DNA from: Terriglobia bacterium
GTDB taxonomy: Bacteria > Acidobacteriota > Terriglobia > JAJPHL01 > JAPKYU01
Length of the DNA stretch: 64,000 nucleotides
Reading direction: 5' to 3'
NCBI GenBank assembly: GCA_965206645.1
Contig: CBDBKE010000004.1
Span: forward strand, 864,001-928,000
Shown here: piece after piece, positions 42,928-53,408 of the stretch
Layout: each line of letters opens with the position of its first letter
Numbering within the stretch: the first letter of the stretch is position 1
The notes under the pieces: model-generated
Told to the model about the DNA's origin: nothing
What the model saw: only the letters and a program-made list of their open reading frames with translations
The model's database searches: none
Made by a program: the position numbers and the translations under genes

Positions 42928-43893
42928 GTGGGAATGCCCCTATCTTTGCATGCGATGGGACGTACGATGGTTTTGCTGCTGGCCTTCGCCGCCTGCCTAA
43001 CCGCTCATGAACCAGCCAAGCCGACAGGTGCTGCCGGGGGACCGGCGTCTTCGGAGCTACCCGAACTGCCCTATCGCCTCGTGCCGGACTGGCTCCGGCT
43101 GCCGCCCGGCTGGAACTTGGGAGAAACCGGGGGGGTGGCCACCGATGCCCGCGGCCACATCTACGTCTTCCATCGTGGCCCGCATCCGCTGCTGGAATTC
43201 GAACCCAGCGGGGAATTGGTGCGCGAAATTGGCGCAGGGCTGTTTGTTGCAGCCCACGGCGTGGAGGTAGACCCGCAGGGCAATATCTGGGCGGTGGATG
43301 TGGAAGGTCACATGGTGCTCAAGTTCAATCGCTCGGGCCGGGTGGAGATGGTGCTGGGGAAAAAGGGCCTGGCGAAGAGCGACGACGAGTTCTTCGACCG
43401 GCCGACCGATATCGGCTTCGCTCCCAACGGCGACATTTATGTCACCGACGGCTACGGGAACTCACGCGTGATGAAGTTCTCTCCCGACGGCCGCCTGTTG
43501 AAGAAATGGGGCAAGAAGGGCACCGGGCCCGGGGAGTTCGACACACCGCACTCAGTCGCCGTGGATGCCAAGGGCCTGGTCTACATCGCCGACCGCGAGA
43601 ACAAACGCATCCAGATTTTCGACGCTGACGGCAAATTCCTGCGCCAATGGACGCATGTGGGCGCGCCCTGGGGCCTGGAGATTACGCCGGACCAGCACAT
43701 CTACATGAGCGACGGCTACGCTAACCGCGTGCTGAAACTGGACCTGGAAGGGAAAATCCTGGGCGCGCTGGGCACATCGGGCCGAAGCCCAGGGCAGTTT
43801 AGCTACGTCCACCATATTGCGATCGGCAAGAATGGGGAAATCTACGTCTCGGAAATCCTGAACTGGCGGGTTCAGAAATTCGTGCGCAAGTGA
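42928..43893 (+). CDS. NHL-repeat beta-propeller (peptidyl-alpha-hydroxyglycine lyase-like)
   Basis: FDRPTDI...YVTDGYGNSRV, FDTPHSVAVD...ADRENKRIQIFD. Confidence 0.9.
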   Translation: MGMPLSLHAMGRTMVLLLAFAACLTAHEPAKPTGAAGGPASSELPELPYRLVPDWLRLPPGWNLGETGGVATDARGHIYVFHRGPHPLLEFEPSGELVREIGAGLFVAAHGVEVDPQGNIWAVDVEGHMVLKFNRSGRVEMVLGKKGLAKSDDEFFDRPTDIGFAPNGDIYVTDGYGNSRVMKFSPDGRLLKKWGKKGTGPGEFDTPHSVAVDAKGLVYIADRENKRIQIFDADGKFLRQWTHVGAPWGLEITPDQHIYMSDGYANRVLKLDLEGKILGALGTSGRSPGQFSYVHHIAIGKNGEIYVSEILNWRVQKFVRK

Positions 43894-43914
43894 TCCTTCA
43901 CGAGCCTTGCACCG

Positions 43915-44014
43915 TCGGACCGCCGCCGCCTTCCGGCGGCACCCAGGTGATGATCTCGTAGGGGTCCATGATGTCGCAGGTCTTGCAGTGGACGCAGTTG
44001 GAGGGATTCAGGTG
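43915..44014. repeat. Exact 100-bp direct repeat, orphan copy of the ETF-QO 3' region
   Basis: Base-for-base identical to 45901-46000. Confidence 0.97.
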
Positions 44015-45587
44015 GGCGCCTGGGGTGGTGATATGTCCCCAAAGCGCTCCCGCAACTCCTCATAAACATTGCGAGCCTCGTCCTCTCGGCCCAGGCCAAC
44101 AAGTGTTTCGTGTTTCTTCTGCAATGCCATTGCCACCTGTTCGCGCAGAGCGGCCTCGGTCGCTTCCCCGAAGCGGTGCATTACCTCGTCATAAACAGCA
44201 ATGGCCTCCTCACTCCGGTTCAAATTGCCAAGTGTAATGCCCTTGTAGAACAAAGCCCGGGCGATTCGGCCGTGTAATAAGAGATCGTCAGTATTTCTCG
44301 CTATCAGAATATTCCCGATATGAATAACACGGTCGTATCCGCACAGTTCCTCTTCAGAATCATCACTCAAATCTACTGAAGCAGACCATATCGCACCCAT
44401 GAGTTCGCGAAGTTGCCCGTCAGCTAAATCCGCGTCGCGAATCTCGGCCGCCGCGTTTATAGCTTCCTTATATTGTGAGCGACGAGCAGCATCGCGAACT
44501 TTTTCCAATTGTGCTTCAGCGGCGGGGACGGCTTCCTGTTCCCGCTGTTGAGCCCGTTCAATTCGCTCAATTACGCTCTTGATTAGGTAAATATCAGTTT
44601 CCGGCGTGTTGATATCTTCGACTGGTAAGGAGAAACGAAGTTGCTTCGAAAGAAAGACGAGCGGGTTAGCTGTCAGTTCGGGGGCAGGGAGTTCCAAGGC
44701 CTGTATTAGCTCGCTGAGGACGTCTTCCGCCGGCAGTCTGCTTTCCCCACTTTCCTTTCGGGATAAACGCTCCGGCAAAGGCTGTAGCTGCCCTTGTGGG
44801 CGATCACTCGGTTGCTCTATCGGAGCAACGGGCGGGGCCAGTTGCTCCTCCGGAACAACGAAATACACATCAGAATGATCCTGTAACCAAGGCGGCAACG
44901 AATGCGCATCGGTGGCTCGATAGCAGAACCAATACAGATTGAAACCGAGACGGCTTTGCAATCGGCGTTGCGGCGGGATAAACAATTGTCTAGGAAGGAA
45001 GCCGTCGTCTGGGTTGTGTGCGGTGAGGCTTGCGCCCGGCCCTCTATTTCGCCTCGAAGGTTGCAGCAGTCATAGAACCAATAGCTACCGTGAACGTGCA
45101 CGATCTGTACTGCCTCCCGTTCGGGATCAATACGCTGAACAGTGAGCGGAGAATCACAAACGATGTGCGGCTTACCGAAGACTGCTAGCGCTCGGGGAAG
45201 AAAGTCATCAAAATTTGTAGTGACAACCAGGCTTGCTATTGTCCGATCCAGGAGAAGGTGCGCCAAACGAAGATTCGCGTGAGTAATGGGTTTGTTCTCA
45301 ATCAGCCCTTGTAAATAGGATTGCCGATCGATCGGTTGTGGATATGCCTTCTCGAACCAATGCGAGTAGGTGTCGATTCGTTCTGTTCCGGTTGGCCCAG
45401 GCGGATTGTAGTAGCTGGCAGCGACACTCTTGCACTGATCCTCAATTTCCGAAGCGAGCGGAACCGACGGGTGTGAGATACCGGCACCCACGAGGAAGAA
45501 AAACGGTCTCCCCGCTGCTCGTTGGGCGTGCGTTTCGCAAGCGCGTTTGATCTGCATGACCGCCGTTTTCAAATCAAGCTTGTTCAT
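44008..45587 (-). pseudogene. SIR2-like (SIR2_2) NADase domain + TPR-like repeats; frameshift/deletion at about 44965-44975
   Basis: FFLVGAGIS, VTTNFDDFL, VHVHGS; second frame continues QRRLQSRLGFNLYWFCY to ALFYKGITLGNLNRSEEAIAVYDEV repeats; looks lower in GC. Confidence 0.85.
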
Positions 45588-45883
45588 GACTTCGGTCGCC
45601 CTGATTTTTTGGTTCGGCCGGTCTGCTTAGGCTGCACGATAACTTCCCCTGACTTGGTGCCCGTTGAAACTACCCTCAATACTGCAAGAACGCCGCTTGT
45701 CTTGTCAATTCGCGAGGAGCGGCGTTTGGTACTGCGAAGACGCGGCGAAATTATTACGCAGTCACATAACTCCAGCTTCGCCCTTGGGAAAGGCCACCTG
45801 AAGGTAGCCGCGAACATAGCCGCGGCGGGGGCCTTTGCGAAAAACCGCAGCCGCCCTCCACGAAATGAGGTTACGGACCTATT

Positions 45884-47545
45884 TTACAGGTTCTCGTAGT
45901 TCGGACCGCCGCCGCCTTCCGGCGGCACCCAGGTGATGATCTCGTAGGGGTCCATGATGTCGCAGGTCTTGCAGTGGACGCAGTTGGAGGGATTCAGGTG
46001 AATCTGCTTCCGGCCGTCCTTTTCCACCATTTCGTAGACCGCGGCCGGGCAGAAGTACTGGCAGGGATTACCGAATTCTCTGGTGCAGCGGTCGTTGCAA
46101 ATGTTGGTATCGTGAATGAGCAGATGCGACGGCTGATCCTCCTCGTGCTTGGTCGCCGAGTGGAAGACGTCGGTGAGCTTGTCGAACGTCAGGTGCCCAT
46201 CGGGAGCTAGCGGCGGCGGTTGTAGATGCGGGCTTTCAACGCGCAACTGAGGCAGTTTTTTCAGCCGCCGGTGGCCTGCCTCGGCTGAGTAACGCAACCA
46301 AAGGCCGCGGCCCCCGGTTAGCATCTGCAATCCGGTGTGCAGCATGCCCCGCAGAAGGCCCTTCTCATAAGCCTGGTGAAAGTTGCGCACCTTCCACAGT
46401 TCCTGCCCGGCCCAGCTTTCCTTGAAGTTCCTTTCGTAGGCAGAGAGCCGCTGTTGGGAGAAATCCCGGGCGGCGAAGGCGTCGAAGATGGCGTCGGCGG
46501 AGAGCATCCCGCTCTTGATAGCCAAGTGGATGCCTTTGAGCCGTTGCTCATTGAGCAAGCCGGCTGAGTCGCCAAGGATCACCGCGCCGTCGGACACCAG
46601 TCGCGGCATGGAGAAGTAGCCACCCTCGGGAATTGTCTTGGCGCCGTATTTCACCAAGCGACTGCCTTCCAGCAGCGCGCGCAGGAACGAGTGGGTCTTC
46701 CAGTGCTGGAACGCGGTGTGGAGATCGACCAGCGGGTTGCGGTAATCCAGTCCGACCACCAGCCCAAGTGACACCAGGTTGTTGCGCATCCCGTAGAGAA
46801 AACCGCCGCCGTATTGGTCCCGGCTCAAGGGCCAGCCCAGCGTGTGGATCACTGTGCCCGGCGCCAGGCGCCCAGCGGGCACTTCCCACAACTCCTTCAA
46901 GCCCAAGCCGTAGGTCATGGGGTTGATGCCCTTCTCCAGTTCCTTTTCCATGAAAAGTTGCTTGGCCAGAGAGCCGCGCGGGCCCTCGGCAATGACGGTC
47001 ACACGAGCGTGGAGATCGCTGCCGGGCTGGTGGTTTTCTTTAGGACGACCCTGCCGGTCTACTCCCTTGTCGCCGGTTCGCACGCCGGCGACGGCGCCTT
47101 TCTCGTCATAAAGCACTTGCACGCCTGCCGTGTCGGTAAAAATGGTGATCCCGGCCTCTTCCACCTCTTGTCCCATCCATTTGCCCAGGCGATTCAGTGA
47201 TACGACGTAGTTGCCTGTGTTGTGGAGGAAAGGGGGCGTGATGGGAAATTTGAAATGGTTGCGCTGGGTGAAAAAATAAACCGCATCGTTTGCCACCGGG
47301 CAATCGAGCGGTGCCTTGGCCTCAAAGCCGGGGAGCAGCTCGCGGAGGGAGCGCAGATCGAGGATAGCGCCGGAGAGCAGGTGCGCGCCCACCTCGCGCC
47401 CTTTCTCCAGCACGTAGACGTTTTCCAGATTGAGCGTGCCGGGCTGCGCGGCGGCCCGCTGGGCCAGGCGCAGGGCACAGGCCAGCCCCGCCGGTCCGGC
47501 TCCAACGATCACCACATCGGCTTTCAGGACTTCTCGTGGAGGCAT
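45884..47545 (-). CDS. Electron transfer flavoprotein-quinone oxidoreductase (FixC/FixX-like fusion)
   Basis: [55 protein letters not shown]. Confidence 0.95.
   Translation of the reverse strand: MPPREVLKADVVIVGAGPAGLACALRLAQRAAAQPGTLNLENVYVLEKGREVGAHLLSGAILDLRSLRELLPGFEAKAPLDCPVANDAVYFFTQRNHFKFPITPPFLHNTGNYVVSLNRLGKWMGQEVEEAGITIFTDTAGVQVLYDEKGAVAGVRTGDKGVDRQGRPKENHQPGSDLHARVTVIAEGPRGSLAKQLFMEKELEKGINPMTYGLGLKELWEVPAGRLAPGTVIHTLGWPLSRDQYGGGFLYGMRNNLVSLGLVVGLDYRNPLVDLHTAFQHWKTHSFLRALLEGSRLVKYGAKTIPEGGYFSMPRLVSDGAVILGDSAGLLNEQRLKGIHLAIKSGMLSADAIFDAFAARDFSQQRLSAYERNFKESWAGQELWKVRNFHQAYEKGLLRGMLHTGLQMLTGGRGLWLRYSAEAGHRRLKKLPQLRVESPHLQPPPLAPDGHLTFDKLTDVFHSATKHEEDQPSHLLIHDTNICNDRCTREFGNPCQYFCPAAVYEMVEKDGRKQIHLNPSNCVHCKTCDIMDPYEIITWVPPEGGGGPNYENL
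45901..46000. repeat. Exact 100-bp direct repeat, copy inside the ETF-QO gene
   Basis: Identical to 43915-44014. Confidence 0.97.
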
Positions 47546-47611
47546 GAAAGAATTTCAAATTCGGATTGGGGATTGCGGATCTCTTGTTCGCAATCTCCCG
47601 GCCTGACCCAG

Positions 47612-49027
47612 TTATTCTCCCAGGGTACGCAGTCGGTTTGCCACCTGGGCGCGATCCAACACCATGCCCTCGCGGATCACCAGCTTGATTTTGCGCGTGT
47701 CCCGGATGTTGGTCAGCGGATCACCAGCGACCACCACGATGTCGGCGACCTTGCCCGGGCGGATCGTACCGACGTCATCTAGTCGCAGCGCTTCGGCACC
47801 GGCACGGGTAGCCGCCACCAGTGCCTGGGCGGGGGAAAGACCTGCTTCCACGTAGGCCTCCAGTTCCCGGTGAAAGGCAAAACCTGTCTCGGCGTTAGGC
47901 ACGCTGCCGTGCGATCCCACCACCAACCTGCCTCCGGCGCGTTGGAAGGCGACGGCAAAGGCAGCCATGTTCCGCACCGAACGCGGCTGCCGGTCTCCAA
48001 GGGAACGGCGCGGCATCTCGAACACGGCAATGGTCGGGTCCAGATAGACTCCACGAGCGACCAGAAAGCGAATCAGCCCTTGAGTCCGAGGCGAGGAGAC
48101 ATTCACCTTTTCCCAAACCTCGTAGCGGCCCTTGCGGCGTGCCTCGTTGTTCTTCAGCACCGCCTGTCGGTAGCGTTCCGCCTCCGGAGGCGGCAGCAGC
48201 GCCAGGCCTACTGAAGTAACATGCTCAATGCCGTCCAACCCCAGGTTCACCGCCTCCCGCACATCCACAATCTCCAGGTGGCCGGTGACGTGCACTCCCC
48301 GCCGGTGCGCCACCTCTATCACCGTCTTCATCAGCGAGAGCGGCAGGCGGAAGTACACCTTCAGTGAGCTGGCTCCGGCGTCAATGAGCCGGTTGGCCTC
48401 GCGCTCGGCGTCCATCTGATCCAACAGGACAATGGCCTCGCGCGGGTGGGCAGGATCGGGGCCGTCCAGCAACGGACCGGACATCAGGAAGCGGGGTAGC
48501 GGCAGGCCGTAGGCACGGAGCTTTTCCAGCACCTCCTGATCGTGCTCGATCCAGTTGCCCATGTCGCGCACGGTGGTGATGCCGTTGAGCAGGAAGGCGA
48601 CGGGCAGCCCGGGGTGTCGGTGCAGGTCGAAATGGAAATGCAAGTCAATGAAACCGGGCAGAACGGTCCGGCCGGCCGTGGAGAGCACACGCGCGCCCGC
48701 CGGCGTGGCAACCTGGCCACGGCGGCCGACCGCCACAATCCGATCACCACGAATGACCACCACCGCGTCATCGAGCGGTGGCACGCCGGTCCCGTCAAAC
48801 AGCGTCCCGCCCTGAAGGACGATTACCGATTGCGGATTGCTGATTGCGGGCTGATTGCCCGCCTGTGCCCCAGCTCGTCCCCCCGCTTGTACATGGTACT
48901 GCCCGGGCCAAATTGCAATGCCCAGGACGGCGGCCAGTACCATCCTCAGCCAGTTTCGAGTCCCAGACCGCGGAGTGTGGCTTTTCAAAACCCGCGACCT
49001 GCGATCCGCAATCGGCAATCGTTTCAC
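47612..49027 (-). CDS. Secreted amidohydrolase-family protein (start may be ATG 48943)
   Basis: VLPGFIDLHFH, GITTVRDMG, GIEH, GTIRPGKVADIVVVAGDPL. Confidence 0.9.
   Translation of the reverse strand: MKRLPIADRRSRVLKSHTPRSGTRNWLRMVLAAVLGIAIWPGQYHVQAGGRAGAQAGNQPAISNPQSVIVLQGGTLFDGTGVPPLDDAVVVIRGDRIVAVGRRGQVATPAGARVLSTAGRTVLPGFIDLHFHFDLHRHPGLPVAFLLNGITTVRDMGNWIEHDQEVLEKLRAYGLPLPRFLMSGPLLDGPDPAHPREAIVLLDQMDAEREANRLIDAGASSLKVYFRLPLSLMKTVIEVAHRRGVHVTGHLEIVDVREAVNLGLDGIEHVTSVGLALLPPPEAERYRQAVLKNNEARRKGRYEVWEKVNVSSPRTQGLIRFLVARGVYLDPTIAVFEMPRRSLGDRQPRSVRNMAAFAVAFQRAGGRLVVGSHGSVPNAETGFAFHRELEAYVEAGLSPAQALVAATRAGAEALRLDDVGTIRPGKVADIVVVAGDPLTNIRDTRKIKLVIREGMVLDRAQVANRLRTLGE
48821..49020. repeat. Inverted heptamer-repeat arms (GATTGCG/CGCAATC) at the 5' end of the amidohydrolase
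   Basis: 48821-48848 gattacc gattgcg gattgct gattgcg; 48993-49020 cgcgacc tgcgatc cgcaatc ggcaatc. Confidence 0.75.
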
Positions 49028-49998
49028 CCCTTCGCCTTCTTGATTTCCTCAATGAGGGCGGGAACCAGAGCGAACAGGTCGGCGGCGACCCCGTAGTCGG
49101 CCACCTCGAAGATGGGCGCGTTGCGATCCTTGTTGACGGCAACAATAGTCCGCGAGCCCTTCATGCCCACCTGGTGCTGGATGGCACCAGAGATGCCCAG
49201 GCCGATGTACAGTTTGGGAGCGACGGTTTGGCCCGAGCTGCCAATCTGCCGCTCCATGGGCAGCCAACCATTGTCACAAATGGGTCGCGAAGCGCCCAGC
49301 TCCGCGTTGAGCACCTGGCAGAGCTGCTCGGCGAGGGCCAGGTTTTCCTTCTCCTTGATGCCCCGTCCCACGGCTACAATCACCTCGGCTTGGCTCAGGT
49401 CCACCGTGCGCTTGGCTTCCTGAAACGGCTCGCCGGGGACGGTGCGGATGTCGGAAGCCTCGAGCCGCACTTCGATCTTTTCCACCGCGGGCGTCCTGGT
49501 GGGAAGCTGATCGGCGCGGAAGGCCCCTGCCTGAACGGAGGCGAAATAGGGTGGGTCGCCAGCGAAGGCCACGTCGGCGTTGATGCGGCCCTGAAACAGT
49601 TGCCGAGTAAACAGCAGTTCGCCGTCCTGGATCAGGTGGCCGATGCAGTCGCTGATGAAGCCGCGGCCCAGCGAGGCCGCTAGCTTCGGCGCGAAGTCGC
49701 GCACCTGATAGGTATGGGGCAGCAGCACCAGCCAGGGCTTCAATTGTTCCACCGTCTGCTTCAATGCCAGGCAATGGGCGTCGGGCGTGTAGGGCTCCAG
49801 CAGCGGATGGTCCAGAGCGTAGACGCGGGCGGCCGGGATCTCGGCAGCCAGCGCTGCCCCGCCCTGCCCGGGTACCACCGCCTCCACGGCGCGACCCAGC
49901 TCCCCGCCGATGGCTTGGGCTGCTGCCAGTGCCTCCAGGCTCATGCGATTCAGCTTCCCTCCCCGCTGTTCAATGACCGTCAGGATGGCATTCGGCAT
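49024..49998 (-). CDS. etfA: Electron transfer flavoprotein alpha subunit
   Basis: GRG, GASRP, QIGSSGQTVAPKLYIGLGISGAIQH. Confidence 0.96.
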   Translation of the reverse strand: MPNAILTVIEQRGGKLNRMSLEALAAAQAIGGELGRAVEAVVPGQGGAALAAEIPAARVYALDHPLLEPYTPDAHCLALKQTVEQLKPWLVLLPHTYQVRDFAPKLAASLGRGFISDCIGHLIQDGELLFTRQLFQGRINADVAFAGDPPYFASVQAGAFRADQLPTRTPAVEKIEVRLEASDIRTVPGEPFQEAKRTVDLSQAEVIVAVGRGIKEKENLALAEQLCQVLNAELGASRPICDNGWLPMERQIGSSGQTVAPKLYIGLGISGAIQHQVGMKGSRTIVAVNKDRNAPIFEVADYGVAADLFALVPALIEEIKKAKG

Positions 49999-50008
49999 CG
50001 GAAACTGC

Positions 50009-50800
50009 TCACAAGACGCGGGCCTCGAACTTCAGCTTCTCCGCTAACTGAACCGCCACCTCCTTAGGCGAGCCGTCCAGGAATTGGGTCTGCTTGGTCT
50101 TGCGCGGGAAGTAAACGCGGCGGATGTTCTGTCGGTTTCCCCAGTCCGCGTCCTGCCTCTCCAGGTCGGCTCCCAAGTCAACCTTGGTGAGGCGGCGGAC
50201 CGGTTTGGTCTTGGCTTTCTTGATTCCCATGAGAGTGGCATAGCGCAACCGGGCCAGCCCTGACTGAATGGTGAGCACGGCCGGTAGCGGCATCTCCACC
50301 GTCTGAAACCAGCCTCCCTCAAGTTCGCGCTTCACGCGTACGCGCCCCTTGGCCGGCTGCACATCCATGATGATGGTAGCGTGCGGCACGCCGAGCAGTT
50401 CGGCCAGAATGACACCCGTCTGTGCGAAACCTAGGTCGTCGGATTGCAACCCGGCCAATACCAAGTCATAGGCTTCGTCCTTGATGCCGGTAGCCAGCAG
50501 GCGCGCAGTGTTGTAGGCGTCGAGTTGCACGAAGGCGTCGTCCTCCAGGTGGATGGCCCGATCGGCACCCTTGGCCAGAGCCTCGCGGATCACTTGCAGC
50601 ACGCGCGCCGGACCCGCCGATATCGCTACCACTTCGCCCCCATGCTGCTCCTTCAAGCGCAAGGCCGCTTCCAGAGCGTAGGCGTCCGGCTCGTTGATCT
50701 CGTAGCTGATGTCGCCCTCGCGGATCCAGGTTTTTGCGTCGTTCAGGCGGAGAGTGGAGTCGCGGGCAGGCACTTGCTTGATGCAGACGATCAGCTTCAT
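50009..50800 (-). CDS. etfB: Electron transfer flavoprotein beta subunit
   Basis: VCIKQVP, DAYALEAALRLKE, ALAKGAD, LRYATLMGI. Confidence 0.96.
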   Translation of the reverse strand: MKLIVCIKQVPARDSTLRLNDAKTWIREGDISYEINEPDAYALEAALRLKEQHGGEVVAISAGPARVLQVIREALAKGADRAIHLEDDAFVQLDAYNTARLLATGIKDEAYDLVLAGLQSDDLGFAQTGVILAELLGVPHATIIMDVQPAKGRVRVKRELEGGWFQTVEMPLPAVLTIQSGLARLRYATLMGIKKAKTKPVRRLTKVDLGADLERQDADWGNRQNIRRVYFPRKTKQTQFLDGSPKEVAVQLAEKLKFEARVL

Positions 50801-50812
50801 GAAACCCCGGCG

Positions 50813-52054
50813 CTACTCCGAATAGCGTTTAAACAGGAGGGCGGCGTTGGTGCCTCCGAACCCGAATGAGTTGGTCAGCGCATACTCGAACTTGGCCTTC
50901 CGAGCGTTGTTCGGGACGTAATCCAGGTCGCACTCCGGGTCGGGTGTCACATAGTTGATCGTGGGGGGCAGGCGCTGATCGCGGAGCGCCAGCATGGTGA
51001 TGCCGGCTTCCAGACCTCCAGCCCCGCCCAGCAGGTGCCCAGTCATGGACTTGGTGGAGCTGACCGCCAGCTTGTAGGCGTGCTCGCCGAAAACCCGCTT
51101 GATGGCCAGGGTTTCCAGCTTGTCGTTATAGGGTGTGGAGGTACCGTGGGCGTTAATATAGCCCACCTGGTCGGGTGCCACACGGGCGTCGGCCAGCGCG
51201 TTCCGCATGACGCGGTAGGCGCCGTCGCCATTCTCGGAGGGTTGGGTGATATGGAAGGCGTCGCTGCTCATTCCGTAACCCACCACTTCAGCCAGGATGC
51301 GCGCGCCCCGGCGCCGCGCGAATTCCAGTTCCTCCAGCACCAGCAGGCCGGCGCCTTCGCCGATGACGAAGCCATCGCGGTCCTTGTCGAAGGGGCGCGA
51401 GGCGTGTTCCGCCTCGTCATTGCGCACCGAGAGGGCGCGCATCGCGGCAAAGCCGCCCACCCCCATCGGAGTGATAGCGGCTTCCGCGCCGCCGCAGATC
51501 ATCACGTCGGCGTCGCAGTGGCTGATAATGCGGAACGAATCGCCCGTCGCATGCGTGCTGGCAGAGCAGGCGGTGGCGGTGGCCGAGTTCGGCCCCTGGG
51601 CGTTGTAGCGGATCGACATATGGCCCGAGGCCAGATTCACAATGGAACCCGGGATGAAGAACGGCGAGATCCTGCGCGGCCCGCCAGCCAGCAGGGCGGC
51701 ATGTTCCCGTTCAATCACGTCGAACCCACCGATCCCGGAGCTGACGTAGACACCCACTCGATCGGCGATTTCTGCGGTCACTTTCAGGCCGGCCATTTCC
51801 ATGGCGAAGTCGCCAGCCGCGATCGCCAGGTGAGTGAAGCGGCCCATCTTTTTCACTTCTTTCTTCGGGATCCAACGCAGCGGGTCGAACCCTTTCACCT
51901 CGGCGGCGATCCTGCAGGAAAATTGCGAAGCATCGAAGTGGGTGATGGGCGCGACCCCGCTCTTGCCCGCCAGCAAGGCCTGCCAGCTTTCCTCCGTCCC
52001 CACGCCCAGCGGGGAAACCAAACCCACTCCGGTAACCACCACTCTGCGTCCCAT
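50813..52054 (-). CDS. fabF: 3-oxoacyl-ACP synthase II
   Basis: [36 protein letters not shown]. Confidence 0.97.
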   Translation of the reverse strand: MGRRVVVTGVGLVSPLGVGTEESWQALLAGKSGVAPITHFDASQFSCRIAAEVKGFDPLRWIPKKEVKKMGRFTHLAIAAGDFAMEMAGLKVTAEIADRVGVYVSSGIGGFDVIEREHAALLAGGPRRISPFFIPGSIVNLASGHMSIRYNAQGPNSATATACSASTHATGDSFRIISHCDADVMICGGAEAAITPMGVGGFAAMRALSVRNDEAEHASRPFDKDRDGFVIGEGAGLLVLEELEFARRRGARILAEVVGYGMSSDAFHITQPSENGDGAYRVMRNALADARVAPDQVGYINAHGTSTPYNDKLETLAIKRVFGEHAYKLAVSSTKSMTGHLLGGAGGLEAGITMLALRDQRLPPTINYVTPDPECDLDYVPNNARKAKFEYALTNSFGFGGTNAALLFKRYSE

Positions 52055-52158
52055 GAACCCCTCAGTGTCCTACAGTGCCGCTCGCCGCCGGCCGGCCCCT
52101 AGAATTCACCACCTTGCTGGCCGGGCGGCAACCCATCACCGACCTCAAAAGCTGCCAC

Positions 52159-52398
52159 CTACTTTTTGGCATGTTTCCCGACGTATTCAATGGCGTCTTT
52201 CACTGTCAGGATTTTCTCCGAGTCCTCGTCCGGGATCTCGATCTCGAACGCCTCCTCAAAAGCCATGACCAATTCGACCGTGTCCAGCGAGTCGGCCCCA
52301 AGGTCGTCGATAAAAGATGCCGTGGGTGTGACCTCGGCCTCATCCGTGCCAAGTTGCTCAACGATGATCTGCTTTACTCGCTCTTCAACATCTGCCAT
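52159..52398 (-). CDS. acpP: Acyl carrier protein
   Basis: [18 protein letters not shown]. Confidence 0.98.
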   Translation of the reverse strand: MADVEERVKQIIVEQLGTDEAEVTPTASFIDDLGADSLDTVELVMAFEEAFEIEIPDEDSEKILTVKDAIEYVGKHAKK

Positions 52399-52467
52399 TC
52401 CACTGCTCCTCCCGTTTGGAACTTACGCGCTACCAGACAAGCCGTCATTGTTAGCACAAGGAGGCCG

Positions 52468-52567
52468 AAAGTCCAAGGTCCATAAGGGAGTCCGAAGTCC
52501 GTGATCTAGATTCCAGGAGGACCCAGTGGACTTTTTTCGTTTCCGGCTTCGGACCTTAGACCTTCAA
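52468..52567. repeat. Degenerate inverted heptamer repeat (AAGTCC/GGACTT-type)
   Basis: aaagtcc aaggtcc...gaagtcc ... ggcttc ggacctt agacctt. Confidence 0.55.
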
Positions 52568-53305
52568 TCAGGCCATGTACAAGCCGCCATTCACGTGCAG
52601 AACCTGCCCGGTAATATAGCCCGACGCCTCAGAGGCCAGAAAGCGGACGGCCACCGCTACGTCGCGGTCAGCTCCTATACGCCCCAGCGGGATCCTCGCC
52701 AGCAGTTTCCCGCGAGCCTCCTCACCGAGCGCCTCGGTCATCGGTGTGGCGATGAACCCCGGCGCCACCGCATTCGCAGTGACGGTGCGCGAGGCCACCT
52801 CCTGGGCAACAGCTTTGGTCAGGCCGATGAGGCCGGCCTTGGAGGCGATGTAGTTGGCCTGGCCGGCATTGCCCATCTGGGCCGCCACCGAGGTGATGTT
52901 CACAATTCGTCCGTACCGCTGGCGGATCATGCCGGGCAGCACCTGCTGAATGCACAGGTAAGCCCCGGTCAGGTTGGTGGCCAGCACCGAGTCCCAATCC
53001 TCCCGCTTCATCCGTAGCACCAGGTGGTCGCGGGTGATCCCCGCATTGTTGACCAGGATCTCGATTTTGCCGAAGCGCTCGCGGGCCTGGCGGAAGGCCG
53101 CCTCGATCTGCGCCGAGTCGGCCACATCCATCGGCACTGCCAGCGCCTCGGTCCCCAGGCTTTCCGCTTCTTTGACCGCTTCAGCAAGTTTCTGCTGATT
53201 GCGGGCGGCCAGCACCAGTCGGGCGCCGGCTTCAGCCAGCGATTGGGCACAAGCCCGCCCGATGCCTTGCGACGCACCCGTAACAAAAGCGACTCGGCCT
53301 TTCAT
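52568..53305 (-). CDS. fabG: 3-oxoacyl-ACP reductase
   Basis: TGASQGIG, NNAGITRD, GQANYIASK. Confidence 0.96.
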   Translation of the reverse strand: MKGRVAFVTGASQGIGRACAQSLAEAGARLVLAARNQQKLAEAVKEAESLGTEALAVPMDVADSAQIEAAFRQARERFGKIEILVNNAGITRDHLVLRMKREDWDSVLATNLTGAYLCIQQVLPGMIRQRYGRIVNITSVAAQMGNAGQANYIASKAGLIGLTKAVAQEVASRTVTANAVAPGFIATPMTEALGEEARGKLLARIPLGRIGADRDVAVAVRFLASEASGYITGQVLHVNGGLYMA

Positions 53306-53408
53306 GTTACGTCTCGTATTCGGCGGCAGTAGGCGAGAATACCTGTCGCCCGGTTGAATAGTTGCATGCGACTCATGTTTTCCTGCAACGCCCAGACTTA
53401 ATTGGCGC

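Noticed and set aside
43915-46000. 100-bp repeat pair as a DGR template/variable repeat
   Set aside because: The copies are identical with no adenine-specific mismatches, and no reverse transcriptase is present.
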